Positions 29,737 to 40,175 of a stretch of 64,000 bases of DNA are shown piece after piece (the first letter of the stretch is position 1; each line of letters begins with the position of its first letter). Below the pieces are notes generated by a model, which made no database searches, had not been told where the DNA came from, and saw only the letters and a program-made list of their open reading frames with translations. The stretch comes from an uncultured Holdemanella sp. (GTDB lineage: Bacteria > Bacillota_I > Bacilli_A > Erysipelotrichales > Erysipelotrichaceae): the NCBI RefSeq assembly GCF_900754615.1, contig NZ_CAAEDN010000006.1. One strand, 5' to 3'. The position numbers and the translations under genes were made by a program.

Positions 29737-30564
29737 CTATTTTTCCTCCTTATTACGCTCTTCAAGTTTTCTTACAAGCATCATCAATAACATCATAATC
29801 ATTGCCATGATCATTGAGATTGCTGAACCAAAGTTCCATTCTCCTACGGTAATGAATTGATTTTCAATTACGTTACCAATCAAGAAGAATTGTCCTCCAC
29901 CCAATAACTTAGGAATGAAGAATGAGCTAACTGCTGGCAAGAATACAAGTGTTATACCTGAAACAACGCCAGGCAAAGAAAGTGGGAAAATAACCTTCCA
30001 GAATGTTTGGAATTTATTGGCACCCAAATCTTGAGCTGCCTCTAATAAAGATTTGTCCATCTTTGTCAAGGCTGTATTAATTTGCAGAATCATAAATGGT
30101 AAGAAGTTATACACCATACCAATCAATACGGCAGCTTCGGTATACAATAATTCCGTATGAATACCAAACAAACCTAAAATGCTGCTTATAATTCCATCAC
30201 TTGATAAAATACCAATCCATGCATAGGTTCTTACAAGCATATTGATCCATGTAGGTAGTGTAATCGCAAGCACTAAGATTTGTTGAACTTTAGCTGTGCA
30301 CTTTGAAATAAAATACGCAATAGGATATCCAATCAACAAACAAATAATTGTTGTCTTAATGGCAATCCATAGTGAACGCCATAAAATCAACAAGAAATCT
30401 TTATCTGTAAAGAAACGAGCATAGTTATCCAATGTAAGCTTGAAATGTACAATACTGTTGCCTTGCTGAATGACTGAATAAAACGCAATCAGCAACATCG
30501 GAAGCAACAACATGATACAAGCCCATACAATATAGGGAATTGCTAATTGTTGAAATTTTTTCAT
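29737..30564 (-). CDS. potB: Spermidine/putrescine ABC permease
   Basis: LVRTYAW, YNFLPFMIL, EAAQDLGA. Confidence 0.9.
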   Translation of the reverse strand: MKKFQQLAIPYIVWACIMLLLPMLLIAFYSVIQQGNSIVHFKLTLDNYARFFTDKDFLLILWRSLWIAIKTTIICLLIGYPIAYFISKCTAKVQQILVLAITLPTWINMLVRTYAWIGILSSDGIISSILGLFGIHTELLYTEAAVLIGMVYNFLPFMILQINTALTKMDKSLLEAAQDLGANKFQTFWKVIFPLSLPGVVSGITLVFLPAVSSFFIPKLLGGGQFFLIGNVIENQFITVGEWNFGSAISMIMAMIMMLLMMLVRKLEERNKEEK

Positions 30565-30567
30565 TGC

Positions 30568-32151
30568 CTAAAATCCCATCTTTTCCATGACATGAATGTC
30601 TTCGGCAAAGAAAGTAAGTCCGACCTCTTTTCCTTCCTCTACATAATCTGTTGTATGAATTTTAAATTCACGTCCCGTTGTCCAGAACGTTACTTTGTAG
30701 ACCCCTTCCGTAATTGTTTCAGGATCAAAATCATAATCTACATCCAAATCAACAGTCTCATTTTCATCATCCAATTTCCAACCCTGTGCATTGGCCCAAG
30801 TCTTCAAATCTGTATCAATAGCCATGGACTCCTTGATTTCATCAACGGTTTTAAAGAAGTTAAATGCAGATACGGCTTCATTCGCCTTCTTATTTTCAAC
30901 AACCCTTTGATCTACGACCCAAATCTTACGAGTGATTGAAGTCTTATTGTTTGTTGAGAAAGTAACTGTATATTCTCCTACTTCCTGTTTTAAATCTGTA
31001 TCAATATCATGAATAGAAATAAATTCATCGGTTTCAGGATTCCAAGCCTGTGCATCGGCACGCGCAATAATTTCCTTATCATCAATATCCTTCATATCCT
31101 CTAAGTCTAGATAGAAGTCATTGGCAGAAATCTTTTCTTTTCCATCCTCACTTGTAATCGCATAGTTTTTGTTTACGTGCATATTTACAGTAACATGCGT
31201 ACCAGGTACAGTTTCTACCATGATTTCATAGTGAACACCCTTAAACAATACACTTTCAACTTCACCTGTCATCTTACCGTCTTTTACATCCACAATATCA
31301 ATATCTTCTGGACGAATCACAACATCCACCGGTTCATTTTCTTTATAACCAACATCCACACAATCAAATGTAATATCGTCAAAACGTACTTTCTTATCAC
31401 AAATCATACGTGCAGGAATAATATTGCTTTCCCCAATAAACTTCGCAACATATTGGTTAACAGGTTCATTATAAATATCTTCAGGACTTCCAACCTGTTG
31501 AATCTCGCCATCCTTCATAATAACGATCTTATCCGACATAGTTAGTGCTTCTTCCTGATCATGCGTAACGAAAATAAATGTGATTCCTACTTCTTGTTGA
31601 ATCTTTTTTAGCTCATACTGCATTTCTTTACGAAGCTTCAAGTCTAATGCACTTAAAGGCTCATCCAACAATAATACACTTGGCTCATTGACTAAGGCAC
31701 GGGCAATCGCAACACGCTGCTGCTGACCACCAGAAAGTAAAGTAACATCTTTATTTTCGAATCCTTCAAGACCAATCAGCTTTAACATTTTCATGACCTT
31801 TTGATCAATAACGTCCTTACTCATCTTTTTAATTTTCAAACCAAACGCAATATTGTCATACACATTCATATGTGGGAATAGTGCATACTTTTGGAAAACC
31901 GTATTCAACTCTCGTTTATAGGCAGGTACTTCACAAATATCTTCTCCATTTAGAATGACCTGTCCTTCACTCGGTTCTAAAAAGCCGCCTAAAATACGCA
32001 ACAAAGTTGTTTTTCCACATCCACTAGGTCCTAATAGTGTGACAAATTCATTTTCATATATATCTAAATCAATACCCTTCAATACAACTTGCCCATCAAA
32101 CTCTTTTACAATATGACGAAATTGAATTAATTTATTCTTTTCTTGTTCCAT
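30568..32151 (-). CDS. potA: Spermidine/putrescine ABC ATPase with a ~175-aa insertion in the C-terminal domain
   Basis: [37 protein letters not shown] before ATG 32151. Confidence 0.9.
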   Translation of the reverse strand: MEQEKNKLIQFRHIVKEFDGQVVLKGIDLDIYENEFVTLLGPSGCGKTTLLRILGGFLEPSEGQVILNGEDICEVPAYKRELNTVFQKYALFPHMNVYDNIAFGLKIKKMSKDVIDQKVMKMLKLIGLEGFENKDVTLLSGGQQQRVAIARALVNEPSVLLLDEPLSALDLKLRKEMQYELKKIQQEVGITFIFVTHDQEEALTMSDKIVIMKDGEIQQVGSPEDIYNEPVNQYVAKFIGESNIIPARMICDKKVRFDDITFDCVDVGYKENEPVDVVIRPEDIDIVDVKDGKMTGEVESVLFKGVHYEIMVETVPGTHVTVNMHVNKNYAITSEDGKEKISANDFYLDLEDMKDIDDKEIIARADAQAWNPETDEFISIHDIDTDLKQEVGEYTVTFSTNNKTSITRKIWVVDQRVVENKKANEAVSAFNFFKTVDEIKESMAIDTDLKTWANAQGWKLDDENETVDLDVDYDFDPETITEGVYKVTFWTTGREFKIHTTDYVEEGKEVGLTFFAEDIHVMEKMGF

Positions 32152-32171
32152 TTGTGTTCTCTCCTTGTCAA

Positions 32172-32705
32172 TTAAAATACAGGCGGTGTAGATACCCATA
32201 ATACTTTAGCATCTGCACTCGATATATTTTCTAAATAATGCCCTTCCTTACCTGTAATATAGAAGGTTTCTTTTGATTTAACTTTTAACCTTTTATTACC
32301 AACAACTAAAACAATACTTCCCTTTAAAACATAGCCAAATTCTTCACCCTCATGTGCCTTTACTTCCTGTGATTTTGTGCCAGGTTTTAAAGTCAACAAA
32401 ATAGGTTCCATCTGATTCTTTTGTGCATTCGGAATAATATACTCTGTGATAAAGTCTTCTTGTTCATTCACAAAGAAGTCCTGAGTATGAAAAACAATTT
32501 GTTCTTCTTTACTTGACTGAAAGAAATCAGCTAAATTGGTTCCTAGAGCCTCTAATATATTTTCTAATGCTGAAATATTGGGACTCGTTAAATCACGCTC
32601 TAATTGTGATAAAAAGCCTTTCGTTAATTCACTACGATTCGCAAGTTCTTCCAAAGTCAACCCATTCTGGGTTCGAAGCTCTTTTAGTTTTTTGCCTATT
32701 TTCAT
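32172..32705 (-). CDS. XRE-HTH + cupin regulator (PuuR-like)
   Basis: [33 protein letters not shown]; first gene of the pot operon. Confidence 0.88.
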   Translation of the reverse strand: MKIGKKLKELRTQNGLTLEELANRSELTKGFLSQLERDLTSPNISALENILEALGTNLADFFQSSKEEQIVFHTQDFFVNEQEDFITEYIIPNAQKNQMEPILLTLKPGTKSQEVKAHEGEEFGYVLKGSIVLVVGNKRLKVKSKETFYITGKEGHYLENISSADAKVLWVSTPPVF

Positions 32706-32836
32706 TCAATCACCCCTATTTGTTTTTTATACTAAACTTTTTGTTTCATTAAAAGAACAAATCTATTATATAGTAAACCTTTAATTATGCAAGAAAAAAA
32801 GAGCATTTTTTATGCTCCATTTGTAAAATATATTTA

Positions 32837-33427
32837 TCATGCCTTTGTTGAATTATCTGTCTGGATATTTTTAATGACTTCTGTTAAGTCCGCCTCATTG
32901 ATGGCTCCATCATAAAAATCATTCAACGTTTCAATTAAGCCCTTATCATCCGGTAAAACCGTTTCAAATACTTCCTTCATATGCTCAGATTCCATATTCG
33001 AACCTGCATATTTAACCGTCGCATGAATCATAGATGTATAAATAACATTCACCAACATCAAATGATATTTATTATTATACCCCTCATTACGATTATCAAT
33101 CACTGTGTGTGGACTCATTAGAGCTGTACCTTGATATTGAGCTAAAGTAGGAAATTCCAAATAAAGACCTCGAACCGTTTTATATGTCATCAGTTTTAAA
33201 GCGTAAACACACGCAAACTGCTCTAAATCACCTAGCATATGTAAACGATTTTCACTATCTAATACCTTCTTAAAATTGATATCTAATAATCTTGAAATCA
33301 CATCACTTATACATTCAAGATTGGTTTTACATACCACTTCCTGACGACCATCTAAATCCGTTGTAATGACAAATAAATCGCCTTCGCGATCATAAAATAT
33401 ATTATCTGGATGTCTTAAATTCACCAT
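32837..33427 (-). CDS. Hypothetical protein, possibly a degenerate IS200 TnpA-like fold
   Basis: 196-aa ORF; weak visual similarity only (see findings). Confidence 0.6.
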   Translation of the reverse strand: MVNLRHPDNIFYDREGDLFVITTDLDGRQEVVCKTNLECISDVISRLLDINFKKVLDSENRLHMLGDLEQFACVYALKLMTYKTVRGLYLEFPTLAQYQGTALMSPHTVIDNRNEGYNNKYHLMLVNVIYTSMIHATVKYAGSNMESEHMKEVFETVLPDDKGLIETLNDFYDGAINEADLTEVIKNIQTDNSTKA

Positions 33428-33438
33428 ATAATTACCTT

Positions 33439-34056
33439 TTAACGAATAAAATTCGTACCCTTTCTTACTTCTTTTTCAGGCAAACCATATTTTTCTTTAC
33501 CCAAGGCTATACTCTTCATTAAGAATGTCATATTACGAGCTAAAGCACGCATTGTTTGTTTCCCCTCTACATCTTGATTGCCTTCCTGTGCATTATTTCC
33601 ATGAATCGAATTCCAATATTGACTCGATACAACAGGCATTCCACTAATCGTAAAATATTTATTTAATTCATCAAAAGTAGCACTTGCTCCCCCACGACGG
33701 CAAGATACAACACTTGCACCTACCTTCATCGTCTTATCAAAACGAGTACTATAGAATAAACGATCTAATACCGCAATCAATGTCGCATTCGCACTAGCAT
33801 AATAGACTGGACTTGACACGACTAATCCATCTGCCTGCTCAAATTTAGATGCAATTTCATTTACTATATCATCAAATACGCATTTACCTAAATTCATACA
33901 TGCACCACATGCCATACATCCTCGAACAGCTACATTTCCAACTTGTACAATTTCAGTTTCAACACCATTTTCTTTAAACACAGCTTCCATTTCGCGTAAA
34001 GCCAAATCATTTACACCACTTGCATGTGGATTTCCATTTAACATTAAGACTTTCAT
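33439..34056 (-). CDS. Flavodoxin-family / iron-sulfur flavoprotein
   Basis: GCMACGAC...C, SPVYY, RRGG, SSQYWN. Confidence 0.88.
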   Translation of the reverse strand: MKVLMLNGNPHASGVNDLALREMEAVFKENGVETEIVQVGNVAVRGCMACGACMNLGKCVFDDIVNEIASKFEQADGLVVSSPVYYASANATLIAVLDRLFYSTRFDKTMKVGASVVSCRRGGASATFDELNKYFTISGMPVVSSQYWNSIHGNNAQEGNQDVEGKQTMRALARNMTFLMKSIALGKEKYGLPEKEVRKGTNFIR

Positions 34057-34121
34057 TATTTTTCCTCCGAAAAACTCTATCTCTATTTTATCATTTGCGT
34101 CAACATGCTAAAATAATGATT

Positions 34122-36620
34122 ATGAAACATATAGTAACAGGAATATTAGCACATGTCGATGCAGGAAAAACAACGTGCATTGAAAGCATGCTTTATACAT
34201 CAAAAACCATACGAAAACTAGGCCGTGTCGACCATCAGGATGCCTATCTAGATTATGACAATCAAGAAAGAGAAAGAGGCATTACAATTTATTCAAAGGA
34301 AGCACACTTTCATTGGAAAGATAGTGAAGTCTACTTGATTGATACACCTGGCCATGTCGATTTTTCAAGTGAAATGGAAAGAAGTCTGCAAGTATTAGAC
34401 TTAGCCATCCTTTTAATCAATGGCCAAGATGGCATTCAATCACATACTTCAACTATTTGGAAATGTTTAAACCACTATAAGATTCCTACATTGATTTTTA
34501 TCAATAAAATGGACATTAGTTATAAGACAAAAGAAGAGCTCATGCATGATTTAAAAACGCATTTTTCATCGAACTGCATTGATTTTAAATCTGAAGATGC
34601 GGAAGATGAACTATCCATGTTGAATGAAGATATTATGAATCGCTATCTAGAAACAGAAGAAATTGATACAGCTCTTCTTCAACAAGCCATCTTTAAGAGG
34701 GAATGCTTCCCTGTTTTCTTTGGATCTGCATTAAAAATACAAGGCATTGAAGATTTAATGAATGCGATTGTCGATTTATCCTTTATTAAAGAATATCCAA
34801 AAGATTTTGGTGCTCGCGTATACAAGATTTCAAGTGATGATCAAGGCAATCGTTTGACACACGTAAAGATTACGGGTGGTGTATTAAATGCCAAAGATAA
34901 AGTTGGGGCAGATGAAAAGGTAGATCAGATTCGTTTGTATAATGGAAAACAATTTGAAATGATTCAAACAGCCTACCCAGGCATGATTTGTGCATTAAAA
35001 GGATTAAACAATTATGAAGTAGGACAAGGACTTGGCTTTGAGTCTGATACAACTAAGCCTCTATTAAATGCCTACATGAATTATCAATTACTACTTCCAG
35101 AAGGCGTGGACGCCCTTACCATGATGCGTTATTGCAGTGTACTTGCCCAAGAAGATCCACAACTTCAAATTGAATATGATGAACAAACAAAACAAATCTT
35201 TTTACGCTTAATGGGATCCATTCAGATGGAAATCCTTCAGAAAGAAATTGAGAAAAGATCTAAGGTAAAAGTTGGTTTTACAACAGGAAAGGTCTTATTT
35301 AAAGAAACCATCCAAAATACAGTCATTGGTGTTGGTCACTTTGAACCTTTAAGACACTATGCCGAAGTCCATTTAAAGCTCGAACCATTACCAAGAGGAA
35401 AAGGTCTTGTATTCGAATCCAATTGTCCAAATGATGAATTAGCTTTAAACTGGCAAAACCTGATTTTGACGCATTTAAAAGAAAAACAACACAAAGGTGT
35501 ATTAACTGGATCACCTATTACAGATATAAAAATCACTTTAATTGCTGGTAAAGCCCATTTAAAACATACAGAAGGCGGTGACTTTAGACAAGCTACTTAT
35601 CGTGCCATAAGACAAGGATTAAAAGAAGCCCAATGCATATTACTAGAGCCTTATTACAATTTTGAATTGATCATTGAAAATCAATATGTTTCAAAAGCCC
35701 TATTTGATTTAGAAAATAAGCATTGCACTTTTAAAATTGAAGAAGACACAAACAATCTAGTTCACATTAAAGGAACAGGGCCTGTACGTTTATTAATGGA
35801 TTATCAAAAGGATGTCATTGCGTATACAAAAGGAAAAGGACAATTCATTTGTGAATTAGAAGACTATCATGAATGTGTAGACCAAGACAAAATCATTGAA
35901 GAAACAAACTATGATAGTGAAGCCGATTTAAACAATCCAACAGGATCTATTTTCTGTGAACATGGAGCTGGATATTTTGTACCTTGGGATGAAGTCAAAG
36001 AACATATGCATATTCAAATCAAGGAAGTCAATAGTACATCTTATACTTCTTATGTCAAGCATACCGTACGTGAAGAAGAATTAAAAAAAGTATTTAATTC
36101 GCTTGGCGGAAACAATAAGAAAACAGAAAAGCCAATAAAGAAAAAAGCGAAGGTTGATCTAAATTTAAATCAAATTCATGTGGAAGACAAAAAACCAGAA
36201 TGTTTAATGATTGATGGCTACAATATGATTTATGATTGGCAAGACCTAAAAGATATCGCCAAAGTGAATATTGAATCCGCTCGAGATGAATTGATCAGCC
36301 GAATCTCGAATTATCAAGGATATAAACGTATCAAAGTCATTTTGGTATTTGATGGATATCGCGTTAAGAACAATGTAGGCTCGCATTTTAATCAAGGAAA
36401 TCTAGATATTATTTATACGAGATACAACCAAACCGCCGATAGCTATATTGAAAAAGCTGTCCACGATTTAAAGAAGAAATATGAATTATCGGTTGCGACA
36501 AGTGATGGCTTGATTCAAAATGCGATTCTTGCCAATGGAGCGAAGCGAATCTCTGCTCGTGAACTTGAGATTGCCGTAAAAAACGTAAACAAACGCGCAC
36601 TTTCATACTTAAAAAAATAG
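34122..36620 (+). CDS. EF-G/TetM-like translational GTPase fused to a C-terminal NYN (YacP-like) RNase domain
   Basis: AHVDAGKTT, ERERGITI, DTPGHVDF, NKMD; C-terminal IDGYNMI...VFDG...TADSYIE...VATSD. Confidence 0.85.
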   Translation: MKHIVTGILAHVDAGKTTCIESMLYTSKTIRKLGRVDHQDAYLDYDNQERERGITIYSKEAHFHWKDSEVYLIDTPGHVDFSSEMERSLQVLDLAILLINGQDGIQSHTSTIWKCLNHYKIPTLIFINKMDISYKTKEELMHDLKTHFSSNCIDFKSEDAEDELSMLNEDIMNRYLETEEIDTALLQQAIFKRECFPVFFGSALKIQGIEDLMNAIVDLSFIKEYPKDFGARVYKISSDDQGNRLTHVKITGGVLNAKDKVGADEKVDQIRLYNGKQFEMIQTAYPGMICALKGLNNYEVGQGLGFESDTTKPLLNAYMNYQLLLPEGVDALTMMRYCSVLAQEDPQLQIEYDEQTKQIFLRLMGSIQMEILQKEIEKRSKVKVGFTTGKVLFKETIQNTVIGVGHFEPLRHYAEVHLKLEPLPRGKGLVFESNCPNDELALNWQNLILTHLKEKQHKGVLTGSPITDIKITLIAGKAHLKHTEGGDFRQATYRAIRQGLKEAQCILLEPYYNFELIIENQYVSKALFDLENKHCTFKIEEDTNNLVHIKGTGPVRLLMDYQKDVIAYTKGKGQFICELEDYHECVDQDKIIEETNYDSEADLNNPTGSIFCEHGAGYFVPWDEVKEHMHIQIKEVNSTSYTSYVKHTVREEELKKVFNSLGGNNKKTEKPIKKKAKVDLNLNQIHVEDKKPECLMIDGYNMIYDWQDLKDIAKVNIESARDELISRISNYQGYKRIKVILVFDGYRVKNNVGSHFNQGNLDIIYTRYNQTADSYIEKAVHDLKKKYELSVATSDGLIQNAILANGAKRISARELEIAVKNVNKRALSYLKK

Positions 36621-36660
36621 TTTATGATATAATAGCGAAAAAGATGGAGGAATTTGATTT

Positions 36661-37584
36661 ATGACAAGAAAAATTGCCATTATTGGAGCCGGTCCTGCTG
36701 GCTATACATTAGCTCAAGAGCTTGTAAAAACAGAAAATGATTACCAAATCGATATTTTTGATAAAGAAGCCGAGATTGGCGGCGCTATTTATACAGGTAT
36801 TCCTGAATATCGTATGCCAAAAGCATTCTTAGAAAAAGCATATAATGGCTTAGTGGATGCTGGTGTTCAATTCCATTTCAATACATTTGTAGATCAAACT
36901 ATGTTTAAAGAACTACAAACAAATTATGATTATGTGGTTGTAGCTATTGGTGCTCAAATCGAAAACACTTTTGGTTTTGAAACAGGAAATGGTGTCGTAG
37001 CCGGATTAACATTACTATATGATTTAAATATCAACCACAAACAAGAGGAATTTAAGAAATATAAAAAGGCTATCGTTTGGGGTGGCGGAAATGTTGCGAT
37101 GGATTGCGCAAGATCATTAGTTCGTATTATTGATGATGTGACAATCGTATATCGTAGATCCCTTCAAGAAATGCCAGCAAGTCCTGCTGAAATCAAAGCC
37201 TGTGAAAAAGAAGGTGTTAAGATTGCCTTTTTAAATAACATCAAAGACATTTTAAAGGATGAAAATGGAAATGTATGTGGAGTTCAAGTTGCGAAGATGG
37301 AACTTGGAGAAATGGATGATTCCGGTAGAGCAAGCTGCCATGAAGTTAAAGATTCATTATTCACAATGGATTGTGATCTTGTTGCGATGGCCATTGGTCA
37401 AAAAGTAGATTTCACTCCATTAAATAACGACTTAAAAACTACCGACACACACACATCTACATTAGATAATGTATTCATTATTGGAGATGCCTTTACAGGA
37501 CCAAAAACAATTGGTAGTGCTGTAATGGAAGGTAAAAAAATTGCCAAAGAAATCGAAGCTAAATACAATGAAGGAGCGAACTAA
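36661..37584 (+). CDS. FAD/NAD(P)-dependent oxidoreductase (GltD-like, lacking the N-terminal Fe-S domain)
   Basis: IIGAGPAG, GIPEYR, GGGNVAMDCAR, YRRS, IGDA. Confidence 0.85.
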   Translation: MTRKIAIIGAGPAGYTLAQELVKTENDYQIDIFDKEAEIGGAIYTGIPEYRMPKAFLEKAYNGLVDAGVQFHFNTFVDQTMFKELQTNYDYVVVAIGAQIENTFGFETGNGVVAGLTLLYDLNINHKQEEFKKYKKAIVWGGGNVAMDCARSLVRIIDDVTIVYRRSLQEMPASPAEIKACEKEGVKIAFLNNIKDILKDENGNVCGVQVAKMELGEMDDSGRASCHEVKDSLFTMDCDLVAMAIGQKVDFTPLNNDLKTTDTHTSTLDNVFIIGDAFTGPKTIGSAVMEGKKIAKEIEAKYNEGAN

Positions 37585-37759
37585 TCGTTCCTTTTTTTTT
37601 GCGATTTAATGTCTTTTTCACATTGAAACTTTATAGTTATAGTTGGAACATACAAGCAGCAAGCATATGTATACTTCTGGGAATGGATTTATCATTGCAT
37701 TTTAATGACAATCCCAGAGCGCGTATAAGAACCTCTGGCGTTATTAGGAGGTGGTAGTC

Positions 37760-37867
37760 ATGAACAATTACGAATTGTTGGTCCTAATTGTATCCGTATT
37801 TGGCATATATACAACTCTAATTGGCTTTGTGATTCAGCTTTTGATTGAATTAATCAAACAGAAATGA
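37760..37867 (+). CDS. 35-aa holin-like type I toxin candidate
   Basis: SD AGGAGGTG at 37746-37753; MNNYELLVLIVSVFGIYTTLIGFVIQLLIELIKQK; long hairpin downstream. Confidence 0.7.
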   Translation: MNNYELLVLIVSVFGIYTTLIGFVIQLLIELIKQK

Positions 37868-37878
37868 ATAAACAAAAT

Positions 37879-37966
37879 AAAAACTACCTACGCCAACTCT
37901 ACCAAAGTCTGTAGGTAGTTTTTACTACAACTATTCCCTGGAACATATTTGTATGTTCCTTTTTGT
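37879..37966 (-). ncRNA. Putative antisense antitoxin RNA
   Basis: Extended -10 TGATATAAT on the minus strand at 37973-37981; AAAAACTACCTAC / GTAGGTAGTTTTT hairpin could terminate it. Confidence 0.45.
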
Positions 37967-37978
37967 ATGTCTATTATA

Positions 37979-38836
37979 TCACAAACGCTTTTCAAATCCA
38001 CCATCAATTTCCTGATCCTCACTAATTGTCACAAAGGCCTTTGGATCAATTTCATTGACAATTTTTTTGAAGTTACGAATCTCATACTTATTTACAGCAC
38101 AAAATAAAATATACTGTTCTGTATCTGTATACGCACCCTTACCCATCCAGTATGTTACACCGCGACCTGTTCTTTCCATAATCACATTTTTCATATTCTC
38201 TTTCTTTGTGAAAATCAATACAGTCATATTGATATTCTGATAGTGGATACGATCACTAATAAAGTAAAGAATGGCCACAAAGATAATGGAATATAGTGAT
38301 GTCTGTAAATCAAAAATAAAGGCACAAATTGTAAATAAGATCGAATTAATAATAATCGATAGCTTACCTACAGAAAAGCCTGGTTTTGTCTTTGATAAAC
38401 AAACTCCAGCAATATCCATACCACCACAGCATCCGCTGCTCTGTAAGGCAAGTCCTACTCCAATACCACACATTAAGGCTCCAAAGATACAATTTGAAAG
38501 CATGTCTGGCATAATCACAAAGGATTGTTTTGGCAAAATAGATAATGTAATGGTTTGAACCACCAAACTAATGACAGTCTTAATACAAAACTCTTTATTC
38601 ATGATTTTAAATCCCATCACAAACAAAGGAATATTAATCATAAAGTTAATGATTCCCACCAAGTTCATATGCCCAAGACTTGGAATCATCTTCACAATAA
38701 AATACTCAATAATCTGTGCAATACCAATGGCGCCTCCAAAATTGATTCCATTGGGTGTCACAAATAAATAAATTCCTAAAGAAAGCAAGATACTTCCAAT
38801 AATTAACTCAATATACTTTTCAACATTTTCTCTCAT
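37979..38836 (-). CDS. YitT-family membrane protein with C-terminal DUF2179-type domain
   Basis: GINFGG, GGMDI, RGVTYWMGKGAYT, IDPKAFV. Confidence 0.88.
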   Translation of the reverse strand: MRENVEKYIELIIGSILLSLGIYLFVTPNGINFGGAIGIAQIIEYFIVKMIPSLGHMNLVGIINFMINIPLFVMGFKIMNKEFCIKTVISLVVQTITLSILPKQSFVIMPDMLSNCIFGALMCGIGVGLALQSSGCCGGMDIAGVCLSKTKPGFSVGKLSIIINSILFTICAFIFDLQTSLYSIIFVAILYFISDRIHYQNINMTVLIFTKKENMKNVIMERTGRGVTYWMGKGAYTDTEQYILFCAVNKYEIRNFKKIVNEIDPKAFVTISEDQEIDGGFEKRL

Positions 38837-38849
38837 TTTTTACCCCAAC

Positions 38850-40145
38850 CTAATCTACGTACATAGCTAAGTATAATGGAAGAGTTATTTTTTTACCATT
38901 AATTCCACAATTTCCATTCACGAATTTATATCCATAAGGAATATTTTCATTTTTCAACAATTGATCCATTGATTGTGAACGATTATTTCCTGCCTTTACT
39001 TCGACTGGAATTACTTTTGTGTTTTGTTCAATCAAGAATTCTATTTCTAAGTTCTTATTTTGGTAATAATGAAGCGAATGACGACTTTTCATTAAAATAT
39101 CCGCTATTAGATTTTCATATATACCACCCTTTACTGGCCCTGTTAAAGTATCATCTAATATAGCCGATTTCATTTCAAAACCATACATTGCCACTAGCAA
39201 ACCTAAATCTGTTAAATACATCTTGTAGAATTTATCATTTTCATATCCAACTAAAGGAAATTGACAGGCAGATACATTTTTACAAAGCCATACAAGCCCA
39301 GCATCTCTTAACCACTCAATACTATTTTCAAATTTTCTTGCGGTAGCCTTAGATTCCACAACAGAAAACTGAAATTTTTTATTCTCCTTTGCGAGTTGCT
39401 TCGTAACCGACATGTAACAATTTTTTACCTTTGGTTTTTCAGATGAAGAAGCATATTTTGAAATATCATCCATATAGCTTGAAATAATTTGTTCCTGAAC
39501 TTTTTGTACCTGTCCAAAATGATTCGAGTCTAAATATATTTGCACAACTGCAGGCATTCCACCTACGACAATATACTCACGAATCAATCGCATGAATTGA
39601 TTGTGTATTTCCTCAGGAATTCTCTCTTTTAAATCATAATATTTTTTTAACAACTCCAACGTATTTTCATTGTATCCTTTTGCCCACAAGAACTCTTCAA
39701 AATCTAAACCATACATTGTAACCGACAACTCATAGCCAACAGGTATGCTCGTTACTTCTTTATAACTGATACCCAATAATGAACCACTTGCGATTACATC
39801 ATATCTGTTATCTAATGCCAAAAATTTAAATGCCGTACGTGCATTTGGACATTCTTGAATTTCATCCAAGAAAATCAATGTATCCCCTTCAATAAATCGT
39901 ATATGAGGCATCACCAATGTCATTCTAGAAAATATTTCTTCTGCTGATAATGAATTTTCAAATATAGTCTTTAATTGTGGATTCTCGATAAAATTTAAAT
40001 AAATATAACTCTTATAATTATTCTTTCCAAAATAATCAATAATATATGTCTTACCAATTTGTCTTGCACCACGAACCAATAAACACTCTTGATTTTTTTC
40101 TTTTGACCACTTCAACAATGTATCATAAAACTTTCTTCTTAACAT
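38850..40145 (-). CDS. AAA_14/DUF4143-type ATPase with C-terminal PD-(D/E)XK-like domain
   Basis: GARQIGKT, FLDEIQ, GGMP, DLGLL, YENL, EIEFL...VEVK. Confidence 0.88.
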   Translation of the reverse strand: MLRRKFYDTLLKWSKEKNQECLLVRGARQIGKTYIIDYFGKNNYKSYIYLNFIENPQLKTIFENSLSAEEIFSRMTLVMPHIRFIEGDTLIFLDEIQECPNARTAFKFLALDNRYDVIASGSLLGISYKEVTSIPVGYELSVTMYGLDFEEFLWAKGYNENTLELLKKYYDLKERIPEEIHNQFMRLIREYIVVGGMPAVVQIYLDSNHFGQVQKVQEQIISSYMDDISKYASSSEKPKVKNCYMSVTKQLAKENKKFQFSVVESKATARKFENSIEWLRDAGLVWLCKNVSACQFPLVGYENDKFYKMYLTDLGLLVAMYGFEMKSAILDDTLTGPVKGGIYENLIADILMKSRHSLHYYQNKNLEIEFLIEQNTKVIPVEVKAGNNRSQSMDQLLKNENIPYGYKFVNGNCGINGKKITLPLYLAMYVD

Positions 40146-40175
40146 AAATACCTCCTAGTCACATTATATCATTTT

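Noticed and set aside
34020..36620. Tetracycline-resistance gene or Tn916-like element
   Set aside because: NYN fusion, no leader peptide and no conjugation or integrase genes nearby
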